From Gammaproteobacteria bacterium (GTDB taxonomy: Bacteria > Pseudomonadota > Gammaproteobacteria > VBWC01), in NCBI GenBank assembly GCA_006218035.1, contig VBWC01000017.1:1408-65407 (forward strand): a DNA stretch of 64,000 nt, written 5' to 3'. Under the pieces are notes generated by a model. It did not search any database, was not told where the DNA came from, and was given only the letters and a program-made list of their open reading frames with translations. Positions 46,894 through 60,272 of the stretch are shown in pieces. The number at the start of each line of letters is the position of its first letter. Within the stretch, counting starts at the first letter, position 1. The position numbers were made by a program, and so were the translations under genes.

Positions 46894-48726
46894 TTATTCC
46901 ACCGTCACCGATTTGGCGAGGTTGCGTGGCTGGTCGACATCGGTGCCTTTGAAGACGGCGACGTGGTAGGCGAGCAGTTGCAGCGGGATGGTGAAGATGA
47001 TCGGTGAGATTTCGTCTTCGGTCGGCGCGACGTTCAGCACCTGCACGCCCGGGCCAGAGCGTACATCGGTCGCCGAATCGGCGAACACGATCAACTGGCC
47101 GCCGCGCGCGCGGACTTCCTGCATGTTGGATTTGAGTTTTTCGAGCAGCGCATTGTCCGGCGCGACGGTGATCACCGGCATGTCGGCGTCGACCAGCGCG
47201 AGTGGCCCGTGCTTGAGTTCACCGGCCGGGTAGGCCTCGGCGTGGATATAGGAAATTTCCTTGAGCTTCAGCGCCCCTTCCATCGCAATCGGATAATGCG
47301 CGCCGCGACCCAGAAACAGCGCGTGGTGCTTGTCGGCGAACTGCTGCGCAAGTTCGGCGATTTCCCCATCGAGTTGCAGCGCCTCGTCGATCTTGCGCGG
47401 CAGGCTTTCGAGCTGCTTGACGAGCGATGCCTCGATTTCTTCGGTAATACGATGACGCCGGCCGAGCACGATCACCAGCATCATCAGCGCCACAAGCTGC
47501 GTCGTGAATGCCTTGGTCGATGCGACGCCGATCTCCGGGCCCGCGCGCGTCATCAACACCACGTCGGACTCGCGTACCAGCGAACTCTCCGGCGCGTTGC
47601 AGATCGCCAGCGAATGGCCGATGCCGCGGCGCTTGGCGTCGCGCAGCGCGGCGAGCGTATCGGCGGTCTCGCCGGACTGCGAGATCGTTACGAACAGGCT
47701 GCGCGGCTGCAACACCGGATGCCGGTAACGGAACTCGCTGGCGACCTCGACATTGCATGGAATGCCGGCGAGCGCCTCGAACCAGTATTTGGCGACGAGG
47801 CCGGCGTGGTAGCTGGTACCGCAGGCGATGATCTGCACACGCTTGACCGCGTCAAACACTTCCGTGGCCAGCGGCCCGAACGCTCCTTCGAGCACGCGGT
47901 GACCGCTGATGCGGCCCTCAAGTGTCTGCGCGACGGCGCGCGCCTGCTCGAATATTTCCTTGGCCATGTAGTGGCGGTATTCGCCACGCTCGACCGAATC
48001 CGCCGTCAACTCGCTGAGCTTTATCGGCCGGGTGACCGCGTTGCCTGCGGCGTCATAGATGTCCAGCGTGTCCTTGGTGATGTCCGCAACGTCGCCTTCT
48101 TCGAGAAAGATAAAGCGCTGTGTCACCGGCAGCAGCGCCGCGACATCGGAGGCGATAAAGTATTCGCCAATACCGATACCGACCACCAGCGGGCTGCCGC
48201 GCCGTGTTGCGATCAGACGCCCCGGTTCCTTGGTGCTGACCACGCCCAGCGCATAGGCCCCTTCGAAATCACCGACCGAGGATTTGACGGCGTCGAGCAG
48301 CGTCGCCCCTTTGACGTGATAATCGTAAACCTGATGGGCGACAACCTCGGTATCGGTTTCGGAGGTGAATTCGTAGCCGGCCGTTTTCTGCTGCGCGCGC
48401 AGCGCCTCGTGATTTTCGATGATGCCGTTGTGCACCACGGCGACCGTATGACGGCAGATATGCGGATGCGCATTTTTTTCGGTGGGTTTGCCATGCGTCG
48501 CCCAGCGGGTATGGGCGATACCGGCGTGCCCGTGCAGTGGCTTGTGCCGGATGTTGTTTTCGAGTTCCACCACCTTGCCGACCACGCGCGCACGGGTCAG
48601 CTCGGCGGCGTCGTTCATGACGACCAGCCCGGCAGAGTCATAGCCGCGATATTCCAGCCGCTTCAGTCCTTCGATCAGGATCGGGACCAGATCGCGGGAG
48701 GCCGCGCCGCCAACAATGCCGCACAT
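46894..48726 (-). CDS. glmS: Glutamine--fructose-6-phosphate aminotransferase
   Basis: MCGIVG N-terminus, 610 aa, C-terminus ...[13 protein letters not shown]. Confidence 0.97.
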   Translation of the reverse strand: MCGIVGGAASRDLVPILIEGLKRLEYRGYDSAGLVVMNDAAELTRARVVGKVVELENNIRHKPLHGHAGIAHTRWATHGKPTEKNAHPHICRHTVAVVHNGIIENHEALRAQQKTAGYEFTSETDTEVVAHQVYDYHVKGATLLDAVKSSVGDFEGAYALGVVSTKEPGRLIATRRGSPLVVGIGIGEYFIASDVAALLPVTQRFIFLEEGDVADITKDTLDIYDAAGNAVTRPIKLSELTADSVERGEYRHYMAKEIFEQARAVAQTLEGRISGHRVLEGAFGPLATEVFDAVKRVQIIACGTSYHAGLVAKYWFEALAGIPCNVEVASEFRYRHPVLQPRSLFVTISQSGETADTLAALRDAKRRGIGHSLAICNAPESSLVRESDVVLMTRAGPEIGVASTKAFTTQLVALMMLVIVLGRRHRITEEIEASLVKQLESLPRKIDEALQLDGEIAELAQQFADKHHALFLGRGAHYPIAMEGALKLKEISYIHAEAYPAGELKHGPLALVDADMPVITVAPDNALLEKLKSNMQEVRARGGQLIVFADSATDVRSGPGVQVLNVAPTEDEISPIIFTIPLQLLAYHVAVFKGTDVDQPRNLAKSVTVE

Positions 48727-48730
48727 ACTG

Positions 48731-50119
48731 TTATTCCTCCACGCGTCGTTTCTTGACCGGCTTTTTCCAGCCGGGATGGGTCTGCTGCGGCGCGCGGCTC
48801 AGCGTCAGTTCGCCGGCGGGCGCGTCGCGTGTGATGGTCGAGCCTGCGCCGATCGTCGCACCGTCACCGATGCGCACGGGCGCCACCAGTTGACTGTCGG
48901 AGCCGACAAATACATCGTCGCCGATAATCGTCTGGTACTTGTTCGCGCCGTCGTAATTGCAGGTGATAGTACCCGCACCGATGTTAACGCGAGCGCCCAC
49001 CGTGCTGTCGCCGATATAGCTCAGGTGATTGATCTTCGAACCCGAGGCAACCGTGGATTTCTTGATCTCGACAAAGTTGCCGACGTGAACATCGTCGGCC
49101 AGCCGGGTCTGCGGTCGAACGCGCGCGAACGGACCGATGCGGCAGCCCGCGCCGATCACCGCGTCCTCGATCACGCAGTTAGCCAGGATCTCGACGTCGT
49201 CGCCGATCTCGACATTGCTCAGCAACACATTGGGACCGATCGTCACGCGGCTACCAAGCCGAACTGTGCCCTCGATGATGACGTTCACATCAATGGTGAC
49301 GTCGGTGCCATAGCTTATCTCGCCGCGCAAATCGAAACGCGCCGGGTCACGCAGCGTCACACCGTTTTTTAGCAGTTCTTCTGCACGCATCTTCTGGTAA
49401 TACCTCTCGAGTAACGCCAGTTGCGCCTTGTCGTTGACGCCCAGCACCTCGAAGGGCGAGGCGGGCGATACCGTGCGTATCGCAACACCATCCTGCACGG
49501 CCATGGCAATGACGTCGGTTAGATAGAATTCGCGTTGCGCGTTGCTATTGTCCAGCCGTTCGACCCACTGACGCAACTGGCCGGCGCGCACCGCCAGAAA
49601 GCCGGTATTGATTTCACGGATCGCACGCTGGCTATCGTTCGCGTCTTTTTCCTCGACGATGCGCGTTACGGCATGGGCCTTGTCGCGTACGATGCGGCCA
49701 TAACCGGCGGGATTATCCAGCTCGACGGTCATCAGTGCCAGCGCGCCGTCGGCGCTGGCGGCGACGAGGCGCCGCAAGGTTGCAGCGGAAATCAGCGGCA
49801 CATCCCCGTAAAGCACCAGTACCGTGCTGGACTCATCGATGCCGGGCAAGGCCTGCGCGACCGCGTGGCCGGTACCCTGCTGCTGCTCCTGCTTGACCCA
49901 CCGCACAGAGTTCGGCGGCAGCACGGCGTCCAGTTTGGCAATGACCTGGTCACCGCCGTGGCCGTAGACGACATGGATGCTGGCATCGCCGAGTTGTCTG
50001 GCCGTCGCGATCGCGTGCACAAGCAGCGGCTGGCCGCCGATGTCGTGCAGTACCTTCGGCAACCGCGAGCGCATGCGCTTGCCTTCGCCGGCGGCGAGTA
50101 TGACAACGCTGATGGTCAT
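48731..50119 (-). CDS. glmU: Bifunctional UDP-N-acetylglucosamine pyrophosphorylase / GlcN-1-P acetyltransferase
   Basis: [15 protein letters not shown]-terminus and a C-terminal hexapeptide-repeat domain. Confidence 0.95.
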   Translation of the reverse strand: MTISVVILAAGEGKRMRSRLPKVLHDIGGQPLLVHAIATARQLGDASIHVVYGHGGDQVIAKLDAVLPPNSVRWVKQEQQQGTGHAVAQALPGIDESSTVLVLYGDVPLISAATLRRLVAASADGALALMTVELDNPAGYGRIVRDKAHAVTRIVEEKDANDSQRAIREINTGFLAVRAGQLRQWVERLDNSNAQREFYLTDVIAMAVQDGVAIRTVSPASPFEVLGVNDKAQLALLERYYQKMRAEELLKNGVTLRDPARFDLRGEISYGTDVTIDVNVIIEGTVRLGSRVTIGPNVLLSNVEIGDDVEILANCVIEDAVIGAGCRIGPFARVRPQTRLADDVHVGNFVEIKKSTVASGSKINHLSYIGDSTVGARVNIGAGTITCNYDGANKYQTIIGDDVFVGSDSQLVAPVRIGDGATIGAGSTITRDAPAGELTLSRAPQQTHPGWKKPVKKRRVEE

Positions 50120-50326
50120 TGGTGTAGTGTCGGATTTCGCCCGTCAGGATTCAAGCCGGATGGCGCCGTATGGCAGATGTCTGCACCGATGGTCGGGCAG
50201 GAGCGAGGCGTCGTAACGACGCGGCGATCGGTCAGGAAAGGTCTGATGAATTCCCGAGCGGTCATCCCCGCGCCAGCGCGATGGCAGCGACGACGCAATG
50301 GATCGGAAATATCATCACACGGCCGC

Positions 50327-50752
50327 CTAGCGACCGGTCTTCTTGCGCAGATGCTGGATGGCTTGCAAGCGCGCTGAGGCCTCGATCAGCTCGGCTTGTG
50401 CCCTCGCGTAGTCGATATCCGACTTGCGGTCCTTGAGCGCCTGTTCCGCACGTTGCTTGGCCTCGATCGCCGCGGCCTCGTCGATATCCTTGGCGCGCAC
50501 CGCGGTGTCGGCCAGCACGGTCACGGTATAGGGCTGCACCTCGAGCATGCCGCCGGAGACGTAGAAGAAATCCTCCGTGCCATCCTCGGTCTGCACGCGC
50601 ACCTCGCCGGGGCGGAGCTGCGTCAGTAACGGCGCATGTCGGGGCAGAATGCCAACCTCGCCCATGACCGCCGGCGCAAATACCATGCGTGCCTTGCCGG
50701 AGAAAATGGCTTCCTCGGCGCTGACGATGTCGACATGCATGGTGAAGGCCAT
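50327..50752 (-). CDS. atpC: F1 ATP synthase epsilon subunit
   Basis: 141 aa, assigned by operon position and family similarity. Confidence 0.9.
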   Translation of the reverse strand: MAFTMHVDIVSAEEAIFSGKARMVFAPAVMGEVGILPRHAPLLTQLRPGEVRVQTEDGTEDFFYVSGGMLEVQPYTVTVLADTAVRAKDIDEAAAIEAKQRAEQALKDRKSDIDYARAQAELIEASARLQAIQHLRKKTGR

Positions 50753-50773
50753 GGTATTTCTCCGGCTGGTGAC

Positions 50774-52198
<1,425 letters not shown>

Positions 52199-52227
52199 CT
52201 ACCCGCTTACCTCGTTGCCCACCAACA

Positions 52228-53094
52228 CTACACGGCGGCGGCGCCACCGACGATTTCCGATATTTCCTGTGTAATCGCCGCCTGTCGCGCCTTGTTGTAA
52301 ACCAGTTGCAATTCGCCGATCAGGTCACCGGCGTTATCGGACGCCGACTTCATCGCGACCATGCGCGCCGCCTGCTCGCAGGCGATGTTTTCGACGACGC
52401 CCTGGTATACCAGCGATTCGATATAGCGCATCATCAGACCGTCGAGCACCGCTTTCGCCTCGGGCTCGTACAGATAATCCCAGTGATGCTTCAGCTGCGC
52501 ATCAAGCTCGCCGGCCTCGATCGGAATCAGCTGATCAATGTGCGCCTTCTGCGTCATCGTGTTGACGAATTCGTTATAGACGACGCACAACCGGTCGATG
52601 CGCCCTTCGCTGTAGGCGTCGAGCATGATCTTGACCGTGCCGATCAGGTCACTGAGCTGCGGCGCGTCACCGAGATGATCGACCTGGCCAACGAGGTTGC
52701 CGCCGAGCCGTTTGAAGAAGGCGTGCGCCTTCTTGCCGATCGTGCACAGGTCGATCTCTACCTTCTCCTTGTGCAGCTGCCGCATTTCGCCGAGCAGCGC
52801 CCGGAGCATATTGGTGTTCAGGCCGCCGCACAGGCCGCGATCCGACGAGATAACGATGAAGCCGACACGCTTGACCTCTTCGCGCGGCTTCAGGTACGGA
52901 TGCTTGTACTCCGGATGCGCGTGGGCCAGATGGCTGATCACGGCGCGCATCTTGTCGGCATAGGGTCGCGATGCGGCCATGCGGTCCTGCGCCTTGCGCA
53001 TCTTGCTCGCCGCGACCATTTCCATCGCGCGCGTGATCTTCTGAGTATTCTTGATACTCTTGATCTTGGTGCGTATCTCTTTGCCGACGGCCAT
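52228..53094 (-). CDS. atpG: F1 ATP synthase gamma subunit
   Basis: 288 aa. N-terminal [27 protein letters not shown]. Confidence 0.95.
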   Translation of the reverse strand: MAVGKEIRTKIKSIKNTQKITRAMEMVAASKMRKAQDRMAASRPYADKMRAVISHLAHAHPEYKHPYLKPREEVKRVGFIVISSDRGLCGGLNTNMLRALLGEMRQLHKEKVEIDLCTIGKKAHAFFKRLGGNLVGQVDHLGDAPQLSDLIGTVKIMLDAYSEGRIDRLCVVYNEFVNTMTQKAHIDQLIPIEAGELDAQLKHHWDYLYEPEAKAVLDGLMMRYIESLVYQGVVENIACEQAARMVAMKSASDNAGDLIGELQLVYNKARQAAITQEISEIVGGAAAV

Positions 53095-53108
53095 GCGCTA
53101 ACCCCGGA

Positions 53109-54650
53109 TTACCAGACGTGGCTCTTCTTGAAGCTTTCGATCGCGCCGCGCAGGTCCTTGACGATGTCGTCGTTGTAGTCGCCGCTCTGGTTGATCTTGT
53201 TGAGTAACGCGCCGTGTGACGACTTCATGTAGCTGTGCAGCGCATGTTCGAAATCGACGATCTTGCTCAGTTCGACGTCATCGAGAAAGCCCTGGCTGGC
53301 CGCGAACAGCGATACCGCCTGCTCGGCCACCGACAGCGGCTGATACTGCTTCTGCTTCATCAGCTCGGTGACGCGCTGGCCGCGCTCCAGCTGCTTGCGC
53401 GTGGTGTCGTCCAGATCGGAGGCAAACTGCGCGAACGCCGCCAGTTCACGATACTGGGCAAGGTCGAGACGCACGCCACCGCCGAGCTTCTTGATGATCT
53501 TGGTCTGCGCGGCGCCACCGACACGCGACACCGACAGGCCGGCATTGATCGCCGGACGGATACCGGCGTTGAAGAGGTCGGTCTCAAGATATATTTGGCC
53601 GTCCGTAATCGAAATCACATTGGTCGGCACGAACGCGGACACGTCACCGGCCTGGGTTTCGATGACCGGCAAAGCCGTCAGTGATCCGGTCTTGCCTTTC
53701 ACCCTGCCGCCGGTCAGTTTCTCGACATATTCGGGATTGATACGCGCGGCGCGCTCAAGCAGGCGCGAATGCAGATAGAACACGTCGCCCGGATAGGCCT
53801 CGCGACCCGGCGGACGGCGCAGCAGCAGTGATACCTGACGATACGCCCAGGCCTGCTTGGTCAGATCGTCGTAAACGATCAGCGCGTCTTCGCCGCGGTC
53901 ACGGAAGAATTCGCCCATGGAACAACCTGCGTACGGCGCGATGAACTGCATCGCCGGCGAGTCGGACGCGCTCGCCGCCACGACGATGGTATGGGCCATC
54001 GCGCCGTGCTCTTCGAGCTTGCGCACGACATTCGCCACCGACGACGCCTTCTGGCCGATCGCGACATAGATACATTTAATGCCGGTGCCTTTCTGATTGA
54101 TGATCGCATCGATCGCCACCGCGGTCTTGCCGGTCTGACGATCGCCGATGATCAGCTCACGCTGGCCACGGCCAATCGGCACCATCGCATCGATCGACTT
54201 CAGACCGGTCTGCACCGGCTGGCTAACCGACTGACGCTGGATGACGCCCGGCGCCACCTTCTCGATCGGTGACGTACCGGCGGCAGTGATCGGACCCTTG
54301 CCGTCGATCGGGTTACCAAGCGCGTCGACGACGCGGCCGAGCAGGCCTTCGCCGACCGGCACCTCAAGAATGCGTCCGGTACATTTGGCGCTGTCGCCCT
54401 CACTGATATGCTTGTAGTCACCCAGAATCACCGCGCCGACCGAGTCGCGCTCCAGGTTCAGCGCCATGCCGAAGGTGTTGCCCGGAAACTCGATCATTTC
54501 ACCGGACATCACGTCGGCCAGGCCGTGTACGCGCACAATACCGTCAGTAACACTGACCACCGTGCCCTCGGTTCTGGCTTCGGTGACCGCCTCGAAGCTG
54601 TCGATACGCTTTCTAATCAGATCGCTGATTTCGGATGCATTTAGCGCCAT
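53109..54650 (-). CDS. atpA: F1 ATP synthase alpha subunit
   Basis: GDRQTGKTA Walker A, 513 aa. Confidence 0.97.
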   Translation of the reverse strand: MALNASEISDLIRKRIDSFEAVTEARTEGTVVSVTDGIVRVHGLADVMSGEMIEFPGNTFGMALNLERDSVGAVILGDYKHISEGDSAKCTGRILEVPVGEGLLGRVVDALGNPIDGKGPITAAGTSPIEKVAPGVIQRQSVSQPVQTGLKSIDAMVPIGRGQRELIIGDRQTGKTAVAIDAIINQKGTGIKCIYVAIGQKASSVANVVRKLEEHGAMAHTIVVAASASDSPAMQFIAPYAGCSMGEFFRDRGEDALIVYDDLTKQAWAYRQVSLLLRRPPGREAYPGDVFYLHSRLLERAARINPEYVEKLTGGRVKGKTGSLTALPVIETQAGDVSAFVPTNVISITDGQIYLETDLFNAGIRPAINAGLSVSRVGGAAQTKIIKKLGGGVRLDLAQYRELAAFAQFASDLDDTTRKQLERGQRVTELMKQKQYQPLSVAEQAVSLFAASQGFLDDVELSKIVDFEHALHSYMKSSHGALLNKINQSGDYNDDIVKDLRGAIESFKKSHVW

Positions 54651-54669
54651 GTTTTGTTTCCTCGACTAA

Positions 54670-55206
54670 TTAATGCGACAGTGCGACTGCCAGTTTTCCG
54701 AGCTTGCCGGTAACGGACCCGTCAATGACCAGGTCCCCGGCGCGGACGATCGCACCGCCAATCAAACTCTCGTCGGTCCGGCAGGTCAGACTGACCTCGC
54801 GGCCCAGTCGCTTTTTCAGCGCCGCGGCCAACCGCTGTTTCTGTTCCTCGGTAATCTCAAACGCGGACACGACCTCGGCCTGCATCGATCGCTCGGCCTC
54901 GGCGCGCAGCTTTTCATACAGCGCGGCGATCTCCGGCAGCACACCCAGCCGTCGGTTACGCGCCAGCACCCTGAGCAGACTCACCGCCTTGTCACCCGGC
55001 CGGTTGCCGGCAACCTCGGCGATGATCGCGACCCGCTGGTCGTCGGTGACACGCGGGCTGACGATCAGCCGCCGCACGTTCAGATCGTTCACGGCAAGCG
55101 CCAGCCTTTGCAGGTGCTCCGACCATGCCGGCAGCGCGCGCTGACTCTGCGCCAGCTCGAATACGGCCTGGGCATAGGGGCGGGCAAGTGTGCTTTTCTC
55201 GGCCAT
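54670..55206 (-). CDS. atpH: F1 ATP synthase delta subunit
   Basis: 178 aa, starts TLARPYAQAVFELA. Confidence 0.9.
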   Translation of the reverse strand: MAEKSTLARPYAQAVFELAQSQRALPAWSEHLQRLALAVNDLNVRRLIVSPRVTDDQRVAIIAEVAGNRPGDKAVSLLRVLARNRRLGVLPEIAALYEKLRAEAERSMQAEVVSAFEITEEQKQRLAAALKKRLGREVSLTCRTDESLIGGAIVRAGDLVIDGSVTGKLGKLAVALSH

Positions 55207-55217
55207 CGGTCAACGTC

Positions 55218-55688
55218 CTAGATTTGCGCGATCAGGTCTTTCATCAGGTCCGCATGCGCCCTCGCATCGACCTCGCGCCGCAGGATCTTGCCGGCGCCGG
55301 CCGTCGCGAGCAGCGCGACCTGCCCGCGCAGATGCTCCTTAGCGCGGTTGGCTTCCTGATCGATCTCGGCCCGCGCCGCCTTCAGCAGACGCTCGCCTTC
55401 TATACGCGCGTTGGCCTTGCCCTCTTCGGCGATTTCCGACGCACGCTTTTCGGCCTGCGCAAGAATCTCTGCGGCCTGCGCCTTGGTGTCCTTCAACACC
55501 TCCTTGGCGCGCTTTTCGGCGAGTTCCAGTTCGTGCCTGCCCTTGTCCGCCGCGGCCAGGCCGTCGGCGATGCGCTTCTGGCGCTCGGCCATCATGGCCG
55601 ACAGCGGCCCCCACAGGACCCGGTTAACAAACCAGATCAGCAGGACAAAGGCGAGCACCTGGCCAAACAATGAAACAGTAATATTCAC
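55218..55688 (-). CDS. atpF: Fo ATP synthase subunit b
   Basis: 156 aa, single TM followed by a long charged helix. Confidence 0.9.
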   Translation of the reverse strand: MNITVSLFGQVLAFVLLIWFVNRVLWGPLSAMMAERQKRIADGLAAADKGRHELELAEKRAKEVLKDTKAQAAEILAQAEKRASEIAEEGKANARIEGERLLKAARAEIDQEANRAKEHLRGQVALLATAGAGKILRREVDARAHADLMKDLIAQI

Positions 55689-55732
55689 GGTCTTGCGCCT
55701 CCGGTAAAAAAGACGTCAGGCAACACTGACTG

Positions 55733-56029
55733 CTAGCCGCCCAATGTCTTGATCGCCGCGTCCATCGCGCCGATGAACGGGTTGGCGAACAAAAACCACA
55801 TCGCGAACGCCAGAATAATGAACGGAAACGACTCCATCAGACCGGCAAAGATGAACATGTTGGTCATCAGCGCCGGGCGCATTTCCGGCTGACGCGCGAT
55901 ACCTTCGAGCGTCTTCGCGCAGATCAGGCCCCAGCCGATCGCGGAACCGAGACCGGCGGCGGCGAGAATCACGCCGACGCCAACGGCGGTCGCGGCGTAA
56001 ATTTCAGAAATCATCTCGGGTGTCATCAC
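55733..56029 (-). CDS. atpE: Fo ATP synthase subunit c
   Basis: Two-TM hairpin with the GIARQPE loop. Confidence 0.9.
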   Translation of the reverse strand: MMTPEMISEIYAATAVGVGVILAAAGLGSAIGWGLICAKTLEGIARQPEMRPALMTNMFIFAGLMESFPFIILAFAMWFLFANPFIGAMDAAIKTLGG

Positions 56030-56125
56030 TTCTCTCCTTATTTAAACAAACAATCGAAACTCGAAACTATTCGGTTCCCGCTACTGATGCGATCGGGATT
56101 TCGCTATGCAAACACCGCCATGCCA

Positions 56126-56971
<846 letters not shown>

Positions 56972-57001
56972 TCAAACTCCCAGACCACTTTACGCTTATT
57001 A

Positions 57002-57403
57002 TTACGCCGAATTCCCGGTGCTGCGCGGCTGATCCCTGAACCGTATCAAGTAACCCAGCTGCGCCGCGACAAAACCGCTGATCAACGGCACCGGTTTAAG
57101 CCCCAGCATTGCCAGACCGACGCCGAACAACGCGAGCACCAGCACAAACCGCAGTGCGGCACTCATATATAAGACCCAGGTGCCGGTGCCGGGATTGTGC
57201 GGCGCTGCCTCTCCCGCCATTAAGACGCCGCGGCTCAACATCCATGCCGCCACTACGCTTATTAGCCCGCCGTAACAGGCCGATCTGGCCGCTGCCTCAC
57301 CCTGGACCCAAAAAAAACCGGTCGCGACCAGCCCCGTGATCGCGATCTGCAGAACCATGACCTTCCTGGCCTTTACAACCAGCTCATGCGCTGCAGGGTC
57401 CAC
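57002..57403 (-). CDS. atpI: ATP synthase protein I
   Basis: 133-aa hydrophobic protein upstream of atpB. Confidence 0.75.
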   Translation of the reverse strand: MDPAAHELVVKARKVMVLQIAITGLVATGFFWVQGEAAARSACYGGLISVVAAWMLSRGVLMAGEAAPHNPGTGTWVLYMSAALRFVLVLALFGVGLAMLGLKPVPLISGFVAAQLGYLIRFRDQPRSTGNSA

Positions 57404-57407
57404 CGCC

Positions 57408-57608
57408 TTAACCGAACCTGCTTAACAACTTGTGGACCTTCATGAAGCCACCGATCAGGCCAAGGCCTCCGCAGATCAACATGAAAACCGGCCGGCTGCC
57501 CAGCCAGGTGTCCACCACATACCCCAGCAAAAATCCGGCGACCACCATCGACGTCAGCATCGTACCCGCCCCGATCAATAACGGAGCCACCCTGCCGGGT
57601 TTGGTCAT
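57408..57608 (-). CDS. AtpZ/AtpI-family small membrane protein. The start is uncertain.
   Basis: Two TM helices (LLIGAGTMLTSMVVAGFLLGYVV and VFMLICGGLGLIGGF) at the head of the atp operon. The listed ORF extends to 57713. Confidence 0.5.
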   Translation of the reverse strand: MTKPGRVAPLLIGAGTMLTSMVVAGFLLGYVVDTWLGSRPVFMLICGGLGLIGGFMKVHKLLSRFG

Positions 57609-57725
57609 GCCGGAGACACCCGAAAAATTGACCGCGAAGTATAACGTGCGTGCGGCCACAGCTGCAATAGTTGTTCGTGGGAGCCGCCGCCAGTTTCCCG
57701 GGTACTTGCGCAAGCTACCGCTATT

Positions 57726-58607
57726 TTATTTTATGTGCGACAAAATCCCGTCGAGTTCGTCCAGGCTGTTGTACTGGATAACGAGCTTGCCCTTGCCGCG
57801 CGCGCCTGGCTGAATCTGCACCGCGGCACCCAGTTTTTCACTCAGGTCATGTTGCAGCTGGCGCACGTTGGGGTCAACCGCCGCCGCCCGGGTCGCCGGG
57901 CGCTTGCCGTGGTCCTTCTGCAGCTGCGCGACCAGTTGTTCGGTTTCGCGCACTGACAGCCCCTTCGCTACCACGCGATGCGCGGCTTCGCTCTGCATGC
58001 CGCCGGTAAGCCCGAGCAATGCACGTGCATGGCCCATTTCCAGCTGCCGGTTTTCGACCAGTTGTTTGACATCCTGGTTGAGTTCCAGCAGGCGCAGCAG
58101 GTTCGATACGGCGGCACGCGACCGGCCAACCGCCTCAGCGGCCTCCTGGTGCGTCATATTGAATTCGCGTATCAGGCGCTGCAGCGCGCCGGCCTCCTCG
58201 AGCGGGTTGAGGTTTTCGCGCTGGATATTCTCGATCAACGCCATCGCGATCGCCGCCTTGTCCGCTACGTCACGGACGATCGTCGGTATCTCACTCAGCC
58301 CGGCCAGCTGCGCGGCGCGCCAGCGGCGTTCGCCGGCGATGATCTCGTAACCACCGACGTCCAGCGGCCGGACAACCACGGGCTGGATCACGCCCTGCGC
58401 GCGTATCGACGCGGCGAGGTCCTCGAGCGATTCGGTATGCATATCGTGACGCGGCTGGTAACGGCCGCGGCGGATCAGGTCGACCGGAATCATGCGCAGA
58501 TCGCTCCCCGGCGCCGCGCGCGGCGCTTCAGCCGCTTGCGCCGGTACTGCGTTGCCGAGCAGCGCTTCCAGACCGCGACCCAGCCCGCGCTTTTTGTTAA
58601 CCGCCAT
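57726..58607 (-). CDS. parB: Chromosome partitioning protein ParB
   Basis: KRGLGRGLEALL N-terminus, GERRWRAA, and an HTH. Confidence 0.95.
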   Translation of the reverse strand: MAVNKKRGLGRGLEALLGNAVPAQAAEAPRAAPGSDLRMIPVDLIRRGRYQPRHDMHTESLEDLAASIRAQGVIQPVVVRPLDVGGYEIIAGERRWRAAQLAGLSEIPTIVRDVADKAAIAMALIENIQRENLNPLEEAGALQRLIREFNMTHQEAAEAVGRSRAAVSNLLRLLELNQDVKQLVENRQLEMGHARALLGLTGGMQSEAAHRVVAKGLSVRETEQLVAQLQKDHGKRPATRAAAVDPNVRQLQHDLSEKLGAAVQIQPGARGKGKLVIQYNSLDELDGILSHIK

Positions 58608-59430
58608 CCTGCATTTCCATCGTTACGGCCGGACCGTGGGATTCGGCCGGCCTGGTGGGCGTGTCTTTGGCATCACGGCGTATGATTTCGCCGGCCAGCG
58701 CCAGGTACGACAGCGCGCCACGCGAGCTTTTATCATACAACAGCACCGGCAGGCCATGGCTCGGGGCCTCGGCGACGCGGATATTGCGCGGAATAATGGT
58801 CCGGTAGACCTTGTCGCCCATGTGGCTCAGCAGTTGGTCGGACACCTCGATGGCCAGCTTGTTGCGCGGGTCATACATGGTGCGCAGCACGCCCTCGACG
58901 CGCAGTTGCGGGTTCAGCGTCTGGTGGATCTGCCTGACGGTATCGAGCAAGGCGGATAATCCTTCAAGCGCATAGTATTCGCATTGCATCGGGATCATCA
59001 CGCCGGCCGACGCGACCAGCGCATTGACGGTCAGCATGTTCAGCGAAGGCGGGCAGTCGATCAGAATATAGTCGTAGTCGTCCAGTACCGGCTCCAGCAC
59101 GCTGCGCAGGCGGCGTTCGCGATTCGGCATGTTTATCAGCGCGACTTCCGCGGCGGTCAGGTCGGCGTTGGCGGGTAACAGCGTATATCCGGCCGGTTCG
59201 GCGCGAACGACCGCGTCCGCCAGCCCGCATTCGCCCAGCAATACGTCGCAGGCACTCACTTCCAACTGGTACTTGTTGACGCCGCTACCCATCGTTGCAT
59301 TGCCTTGCGGATCGATATCGATCAGCAGCACGCGGCGGCGTGTCGCCACCAGCGACGCAGCGAGGTTGACCGACGTCGTGGTCTTGCCGACGCCGCCTTT
59401 CTGGTTGGTGACCGCGATAACCCTGCCCAT
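58597..59430 (-). CDS. parA: Chromosome partitioning ATPase ParA/Soj
   Basis: NQKGGVGKTTT deviant Walker A. Confidence 0.95.
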   Translation of the reverse strand: MGRVIAVTNQKGGVGKTTTSVNLAASLVATRRRVLLIDIDPQGNATMGSGVNKYQLEVSACDVLLGECGLADAVVRAEPAGYTLLPANADLTAAEVALINMPNRERRLRSVLEPVLDDYDYILIDCPPSLNMLTVNALVASAGVMIPMQCEYYALEGLSALLDTVRQIHQTLNPQLRVEGVLRTMYDPRNKLAIEVSDQLLSHMGDKVYRTIIPRNIRVAEAPSHGLPVLLYDKSSRGALSYLALAGEIIRRDAKDTPTRPAESHGPAVTMEMQDGG

Positions 59431-59445
59431 GGTTGCCTGCTGTGA

Positions 59446-60099
59446 CTACGTCAAGTTGGCGGACTGTATCTGTATCAAATGCCGTTCGGCGTCCAGACCG
59501 GGTACTGTCACCTCCGTGACCGCTACTACTCTATATGGTTCGGGAATTTCTTTCAGCTCCGTTTCCGGGTAGCGCCCCTTCATCGCCAGAATAAGCCCGT
59601 CCGGCGCGCACAAGTGGCCGGCTTCCCGGACAAAATCCGCGGCCGACGCGAACGCCCGCGAAACCACCGTGGTAAACAGGGCGGGCGGCCGGTAATCGGC
59701 GGCGCGCGCCTGGACCACCTCGACGTTGGTCAGGCCGAGCTCGATCATGGCCTGCCGCACGAAGCGCGTCTTCTTTTGCTGCGTATCCACCAGCACGAAC
59801 GAAAACCCCGGCCGCGCCAGCGCCAGCGGGATGCCGGGCAGGCCGGCGCCGGTGCCGATGTCGGCGATACGCGGGCCCTGCAGCCAGGGCGCGACGGAAA
59901 GGCTGTCGAGCAGATGCTGGACGATCATCTGCTCGCGCGTTTTGTTCCCGGTCAGGTTATAGACGCGATTCCATTTCGCCAGCAGCGCGACATATTCGAG
60001 CAACTGCCGCTGCACCCCGGCGTCCAGTGACAGGCACAGCCGGTCGATGCCCTGAGACAAGGTGGCGTCAGGGGAAAAGTTGTGTGGTTGGCCGGGCAT
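59446..60099 (-). CDS. rsmG: 16S rRNA (guanine527-N7)-methyltransferase
   Basis: KWNRVYNLT and DIGTGAGLPGIPLA SAM motif. I chose the start at internal Met 60099. Confidence 0.9.
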   Translation of the reverse strand: MPGQPHNFSPDATLSQGIDRLCLSLDAGVQRQLLEYVALLAKWNRVYNLTGNKTREQMIVQHLLDSLSVAPWLQGPRIADIGTGAGLPGIPLALARPGFSFVLVDTQQKKTRFVRQAMIELGLTNVEVVQARAADYRPPALFTTVVSRAFASAADFVREAGHLCAPDGLILAMKGRYPETELKEIPEPYRVVAVTEVTVPGLDAERHLIQIQSANLT

Positions 60100-60272
60100 A
60101 CGGGTATATCGCGATCGGGCTTGATGTTTGCGGCGTATTGGGTATTGTAGTGCGCGCGCCGTGCCACCGACCAAGGTTTTTTGTTATTGTCTGGCCGACC
60201 GCGCCTGTAACGGCCCGCGCACCCGGAGGCCGGGCATACCGTCAGCAATCCGCAATACTGGAGGACAGCTTC

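Noticed and set aside
47209-48756. A 515-aa plus-strand ORF. There are similar long antisense ORFs at 12310-13368, 16879-17970, 56087-57172 and 61928-63568.
   Set aside because: They lie opposite unambiguous conserved genes (glmS, gspN/M, gspH/G, atpB/I, mnmG). Their Arg/His/Gln-rich composition is typical of antisense frames in high-GC DNA.
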